From the human T2T-CHM13v2.0 reference genome, Homo sapiens: a DNA stretch of 64,000 nt. The notes under the pieces were generated by a model that worked only from the letters and a program-made list of their open reading frames with translations, had not been told where the DNA came from and ran no database searches. Location of the stretch: assembly GCF_009914755.1 (NCBI RefSeq), contig NC_060929.1; one strand, 5' to 3'. Shown piece by piece: positions 58,041 through 64,000 of this stretch. The first letter of the stretch is position 1; every line of letters begins with the position of its first letter. A program made the position numbers and the translations under genes.

Positions 58041-60014
58041 GGGTCAAGAAAAATGTGAAAAAGTCTGGGCCATTTCAACGTCTTTTTTGGCTATAGACAA
58101 CCTCACTTGCATCTAACATACCAGTGATTTTAAGAACTTTGGAGGTGAATTACATTATTCTGTATAAAATATTTTTGTCAGAGGTTTGAACAATGACACT
58201 GACAGTGCAATAATTAGGGAGGAAGGAATCTCGAGGAACCCTCTAGTCTATCCCTCCTTTGGAGCAGTCCAGAACCTTACAAATTACTCTCCATAAATAA
58301 GGATTCGGGCTGAAATTTAGAGACCTGCAGACCAGAAAAACTGTGGTCTACTCCAGTGGTTTCTCCCAAACTCAATTCCTCACACTGCAATTTCTATGTT
58401 ATGTGGAAAAGTTATCGTTAGCACGTTGATAGTCTATTAGATGGTAGCATTATTTGAAATATGAGCTATTCACAGGCAATTTTACTTTTTCACTATAATC
58501 ACCTCAGATCAGATTTTGAATGAGCCTTTCTTTTTTGCTGGGATTAGAGAAGAAAATGCTTTTAGCTGAAGCTTCCCTTCTCCTCCCCCTCACCTAGGGC
58601 AATCCAGCTCAATCTGGACAAAACTCAGCTATGCTGAATGATTTGCCACAGGTGTATTCCCCCAAAAGAATGTGCAGTCTCCAAACCTCCAAATGACTGG
58701 TGTCATTTGGACACATCTCCATTGGGTGGCAGTACATGTTCAGAACAACCTAACATGGTTACTTTAGCACATTATTCCTGAAATAAAATCTGCTCTTTAT
58801 TTTCTTAAATTCTAATAACAATCTTCCTTATCAAGTGACAAATCTTCCAATTCAGTGACCATGTAGTTGATAAAAGATGAATATAAATTAAACTGTTTTC
58901 CAATGTTTATTTTAATTAATGGTTGTAGAATCTATATATTTTTTGTTCACTATTATATCACTGATATCTAGTTCAGTCCTTGCCAAATAGTAAGCATTAA
59001 TGATAGCATTTAAAACATAACTTTATGCCAATATAAAATCTAAAGACAAATTCTGAATTCAGAAAAATAATTTTTCTTCTCTATTCAACCTACTGACTAG
59101 GGTTTCAGCGTAAGCTATCCCATACTTGGTAATCTAAACCGTATTAAACTCAGTCATTATTTTTATCTGGCATAGTTTAGAGACATGTGCAATATCTTGT
59201 TTTTAATACAATATAGGTGGCAGTCGTTCAAGTTACCATGTACCATTAAATCATGTATATGGTCATGCAATCAATTTTCTATTTCTTACAGCATTTGTAT
59301 TCCACAATAAAGAAGAAGAAAACTAGAACTAGTGAAGTGAAAGCAGCCAGTCATGATGATCTTAGGGGTTTTGATTCCTGTTAATCTCTGTTTTGATGTT
59401 TATTTTTATTGAAGATGCTTTTTAAACTAGTTTATTGAGCTAGGGCGCATTTTGGAAAGGGTTTTTGGCTATGGACAAATACCATCTGTATTAAAGTAAA
59501 CTTGGAATTATTTGTAAGAAAAAAGATTATTAGTACAAACCAAAAGCAGAAAAAGATCCCAAAATGAGTCCTTGGAGAAAGCCAAGAAGAATATACAGGT
59601 TTGTTGAAAACATTTACAGCAAGTGGATATTTCAACTAAATAATCGTCATTTAAAATCTATTATTCCACAGTGGTAGTTGTAAGGTAAACTGCCTCACTA
59701 TTACTTAAATGATTCTTAAGGATTTTAATAGAAAATTACAGTTCATTAAAAAGAAGCTGAGTGGAAATAAACATACATATTATTTTAACATACATACTCA
59801 TATTTTAAAAGTTTATGTTCATGTGTAAGTAGACATTTTTACACATCATATGAAGGAAAATATAAGATTATTTCTTTGCTATAATTGTAAAAGCTATAAT
59901 CAAATAGATTTTCAGAGATTTTTTTAAAAGTTTCTTTCAATTTTGCCAGTTAAAGGCAAATTAAACCACAAGTACAAGTTAAATCATGGAGCACTAGATG
60001 AGCAACATACCTAG

Positions 60015-60561
60015 TTTCTTTCTTTTCTTTTATTTCTTTTCTTTTCCTTTCTTTCCTTTCTTTCTTTCTCTGTTTCTCTCCTTTCTCTTCTTCCTTTCCT
60101 TTCCTTTCCTTTCCTTTCCTTTCCTTTCCTTTCCTTTCCTTTCCTTTCCTTTCCCCTTTCCTTTCCTTTCCTTTCCTTTCCTTTCCTTTCCTTTCCTTTC
60201 CTTTCCTTTCCTTTCCTTTCCTTTCCTTTCCTTTCCTTTCCTTTCCTTTCCTTTCCTTTCCTTTCCTTTCCTTTCCTTTCCTTTCCTGTTTCACTCTTGT
60301 TGCCCATGGTGCAGTGCAATGGCGTGATCTTGGCTCTTTGCAACCTCCACCTCCCGGGTTCAAGTGATTCTCCTGCCTCAGCCTCCTGAGTAGCTGGGAT
60401 TATAGGCATGCACCACCATGCCTGGCTACTTTTGTATTTTTAGTAGAAACAGGGTTTCACCATGTTGGTCAGTCTGGTCTCAAACTCCTGAACTCAGGTG
60501 ATCGGCCCTCCTCAGCCTCCCAAAGAGTTGGGATTACAGGCATGAACCACCGTGACCGGCC
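60015..60561 (-). mobile_element. AluS (Sq/Sp-like) whose tail has become a pyrimidine repeat
   Basis: TTTCACTCTTGTTGCCC...CCCAAAGAGTTGGGATTACAGG..CCGGCC; the terminal GAGACGGAG segment is absent at the repeat junction. Confidence 0.92.
60091..60287. repeat. (CCTTT)n / (AAAGG)n pentanucleotide repeat, ~39 units, one interruption
   Basis: Directly counted: ~12 units, TTCCCC at 60151-60156, then 26 pure units. Confidence 0.97.
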
Positions 60562-62013
60562 CTATTTTACATTTATAGAAGTACAATCAGCATTGAATGC
60601 AATGTAAAGAAAGTTAAATTTTAGTTTTCCTTGGCCATTACTTGAGGAAACCAACCAACGATACTGTTTACCAAAGGAGTGTGACATACACAATCCATCA
60701 GACAAGAATATAACCCATCCGTTGGTAATAGAACATATAGTATTTTTTTATTTCTTTTTCTCAAACTATGCACAATAAAGAGATTTAATATAATTTTTAC
60801 AAATATAATTCTTGGTCAGATGATTGCTACAAAGGATGTTTACACAAAAGTACTAAACAGATTAGGCTAAGACTTCAGTCCCTAAAGGCCTGTTATAAAA
60901 GGGACGGTTTCTTGCACCTGAACTGGGAAAGTGCTTGTCTACGGCTCTCTGATGCATGTGATAATTACACTGTCTGAGGTGGGAAAGAGTGAATCAAGCA
61001 CAAATCATGCCTATTGTTCTATGTAGTAGTTCTCTGTTCACCTCCCTGCTTGGAGGTAATGAAAACGGGGTGTGGTTGAATACACGTGGAAGGATTTCAA
61101 TGTTTCACATTCCCCACTCCTGCCTTGGAGCATGTCTCAAACCATAATCTGCCGGTCTTGTTGCTTGGGTAAACAGCGGAAAGCTGCCGCAGAAAGCAAC
61201 TGGCAACCCCTAAGAGGACTTTGCCGACACGTGATGTCAAATACTTTTCAGTTGACTTAGAAAGAAAGACTTAGAGTAAGAATCTCCTTGTACATCAGCC
61301 AATGTGACCTTTAGAACATTCTGAGAAATGTTTTCTTCATAGTATAATTGGATAATGTTTTCAAATCACCATCAATGGAGCAGGCATATATCCACTAAAT
61401 ACTTGATGAGACTTCTCAAGAATTCATCCTTCGCATAGGCAGCTTTTAAGCAAACCGGTTTCAGTGAGAAGTGTTAGTTTTGGATTGGAAGTAAAGCTAC
61501 AATTCCAACCTGCTAGTAATTAGTCTCTTTGTATTCTTTCTGATCTTGTCTGAATGCCACTTTCAAATGCTAGTGGAGCGGTTTTTGAGTAGAAATCTGA
61601 AGAGGATAGGTCTGACATTAAAGTCTCACCTCTGATCAGGCTAGAAATACTGGACTGACTTACTGTTTTTGTTTTTTTTTTTTCCTGATAACCCAAAAAT
61701 CCAGTACTTAAAGTTGCCTCTGGTCCATGGGTTCCCTCTGCCTGTGTTTCTCTTTTTCTGGTTCTTCACATGTCAGGTTCCACCTTAAACTTCAGATGCC
61801 ACCTCGACAGAGGGGCCTTCCCAACCTTCTTGTTAGACACTGAATTTTGTCTCCCCCAACCCACCCCCAGCTCTTATGTTGAGGTCCTAACCCCCAATGG
61901 GACTGCATTTGGAGGTAGGGTCTTCAGGGAGATAATTAAAGTTAAATGAGGTCATGGGGTGGAGGGAGGTGGCCAATCCAATAGGAGTGGTGTTTCTTAT
62001 AAGAAAATGAAGA

Positions 62014-62290
62014 GGCTGGGTGTGGTGGCTCATGCCTGTAATCCTAGCACCGTGGGAGGCCAAGGTGTGAGGATTGCTTGAGCCCAGGAGTTTGAGACCA
62101 GCCTGGGCTGAACATGATAAGACCTCATCTCTACCAAAAAAAATTAAGAAATAGGCATGCATGGTGAAGCATGCCTGTAGTTCCAGCTACTCAGGAGGAT
62201 GAGGTACGAGGATTCCTTGAGTCTATGAAGGTGAGATTGCAGTGAAGAGTGTTCACACCACTGCATCCTGGGAGACAGAGCAAGAAAAGA
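62014..62290 (+). mobile_element. AluJ
   Basis: GAGGATTGCTTGAGCCCAGGAGTTTGAGACC; diverged right arm. Confidence 0.9.
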
Positions 62291-62414
62291 AGAAAGAAGA
62301 AAGAAAGAGAGAGAGGAAGGAAGGAAGGAAGGGAGGAAGGAAGGAAGGAAGGAAAGGAGGAGGAGGAGAAGGAAGAAGGGGAAGGGGAATAAGGAGAAGG
62401 AGGAGGAGGAGAAG
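62283..62414. repeat. (GAA/GGAA/GGA)n purine-rich repeat
   Basis: Directly visible; derived from the Alu tail. Confidence 0.92.
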
Positions 62415-62834
62415 ACATCAGAGAGATTTCTTCCCCTCCCTCCCTCCCTTCCCACACAAGCACAGAGGAAAGGCCATGTGTGAGCATGGCAAGAGGGCAG
62501 CCATCTACAAGCCAAGAAGAGAGGCCTCGCTGGACACCTCCCCTGATAGCACCTTGATCTTGGACTTCTAACATGCAGAACTGTGAGAAAATAAAAGTCT
62601 GCTGTTTAAGCCATGACTCTATGGTGCTTTGTTATGAGGGATGGCCTGAGCAGATTAAGGTACTTACCATCTACAGGAGACTCATGGCCTCATCTCTGCT
62701 TATCACATCATTGTGTTGATTTCCTTCATCTCATTTATCATAATTAATAATGGTTTTAATTTATTTACTTATGTGTTTATTTTCTGTCTTCCTTCCTAGA
62801 GCATAAACTCCGTTAAGATCATTCTGAATGTTTC

Positions 62835-63100
62835 GTAAATTGTCTATGGGAGGAGAGAGGAAGTAAGGACATTAGGAGGCCATGATAGTTCAAGGAAGAG
62901 AAAATGGCAGCTTGCAATAAGGTGTCCATGGGAGAGGAACATGGATGAATTGAGACCTGTTTGGGTGGTATGAACCAAAAGGACTTGCTGGTGATGTGAT
63001 CTTGGAGGCAGCGGTGAAGGAAAGAGAATAATCTATAATAACACCAAAGTCTGGGACTTGAGGAGGTAGAGAATGGTGGGGTTATTTTAAGAGATGTGAG
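62835..63100 (-). mobile_element. L2 fragment
   Basis: TTAGGAGGCCATGATAGTTCAAGG..ATGGCAGCTTG..GGACTTGCTGGTGA..GAATGGTGG. Confidence 0.65.
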
Positions 63101-63156
63101 CTAACATAAGATCATTTCTATCATTATTAACACCATTGATTCTTCTTGTTCTAGCC

Positions 63157-63236
63157 TAGTGCTCCTCAAAATCGAAATGTAAATAGGAATTACCTGGGAA
63201 TCTTGTTAAAATGCAGATTCTGATTTAGTATCTGGA
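63157..63236. mobile_element. MER5A fragment
   Basis: TAGTGCTCCTCAAA..GAATTACCTGGGAATCTTGTTAAAATGCAGATTCTGATTTAGTA. Confidence 0.75.
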
Positions 63237-63698
63237 CACTCTGTCATGTTCAATTGATCTATAGATCTATAGCAGTGTATTCTTCCTCTAATACACTGCT
63301 TTATTACGGTAGGTTCATATATAATCTTAAAACCAGGAAGTATGATTCCTTCAACTTTACTCTTCCTTTTCAAAATTGTGTCCTAACTTTGCTAAACTCA
63401 CTTATGAGTTCTAGAGAAGAATTTTCTCAAATTATTGAAAGAAAACAAACCACAGATCCAAGAATCCCAAAGAAATCCATGGATGTTACATACAAAGGGA
63501 AATCCATGGATGATACATACAAAGGAAAATAAAACTAAGCACATCTTACTTGAAGTGCTGTAAACCAAAAATAAAGAGAGCACCTTAAAGGCAGCCAGAA
63601 TAGGACTCACTCCATACAGTGAAACAAAATGAGAATGACAGTAGACTTCTTGTCAATAACTATGCAAACTAAAAGAGAGTGGAGCATTATCTTTAAAA
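63237..63698. mobile_element. Old L1M fragments (ORF2 on the - strand ~63237-63395; ORF1 on the + strand ~63410-63698)
   Basis: TTCCTTCAACTTTACTCTTCCTTTTCAAAATTG (antisense ORF2); AAGAATTTTCTCAAATT..CCTTAAAGGCAGCCAGA..GAATGACAGTAGACTTCT (ORF1). Confidence 0.65.
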
Positions 63699-63700
63699 TA

Positions 63701-64000
63701 CAGTCATGTGCTGAATAATGACATTTTGTTCAATGACAGGTCACATATATGATAGCGATACCATAAGATTGTAATGGAGCTGAAAAATTTCCATTGCCTG
63801 CTGACATCTTGATAATCGTGAACCTGCATAGGCTTAAAATAATGTGTTTTTGTCTTAGTTTTTAACAAAAATGTTTAAAAAGTAAAAATAAATAAATAAA
63901 TAAAATTGTAAAAAATAGAAAAAAGCTTACAGAATAAAGATATAAGAAAGAAAATGCTTTTGGACATCTGTACAATGTGTGTTTTAAGCTAAATGTTATT
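63701..64000 (+). mobile_element. Tigger3-family (MER7/GOLEM) DNA transposon, runs off the window end
   Basis: TA target followed by CAGTCATGTGCTGAATAATGACATTTTGTTCAATGACAG..CCATAAGATTGTAATGGAGCTGAAAAATTTCC. Confidence 0.85.

Larger units (their letters stand above)
61831..62662 (+). mobile_element. MLT1A/B-like MaLR LTR split by AluJ and a purine repeat
   Basis: ATGTTGAGGTCCTAACCCCCAATG..GTTAAATGAGGTCAT..CAGCCATCTACAAGCCAAGAAGAGAGGCCTC..GAACTGTGAGAAAATAAA. Confidence 0.85.

Noticed and set aside
59950-60409. KERKG-repeat and FLSFP-repeat ORFs (also the purine-repeat ORFs at 62144-62574)
   Set aside because: Stop-free simple repeats, not coding sequence.

Overview
Human genomic DNA: an AluYb8 with its diagnostic 7-bp duplication marks it as human. 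The window is AT-rich, intronic/intergenic-type sequence with no CpG island and no recognisable host protein-coding exon, tRNA or rRNA. Roughly half or more is transposon-derived. The main components are a full-length but disabled L1PA3 (28850-35014), about 17 Alus (two very young), solo ERV1 LTRs (LTR12, MER57, MER52, LTR27/9-like), MaLR LTRs (THE1B/D, MSTC, MLT1), ERVL LTRs (MLT2A2, MLT2D, LTR16C plus a decayed gag-pol interior), old L1M/HAL1, L2, MIR, CR1/L3, DNA transposons (MER58A, MER3, MER102, MER20B, MER5A, Tigger3) and several microsatellites. Apart from the L1 ORF1/ORF2 fragments, no entry in the ORF track looks like a real protein; they are repeat-derived or chance ORFs. I found no convincing undescribed biological system. 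The most notable items are a fold-back duplication inside an MLT2 LTR, a probable 5' transduction on the L1PA3, two young and possibly polymorphic Alus, a ~39-unit AAAGG repeat in an Alu tail and a few candidate regulatory sites. Repeat subfamily names come from recalled consensus sequences and need RepeatMasker/Dfam confirmation.
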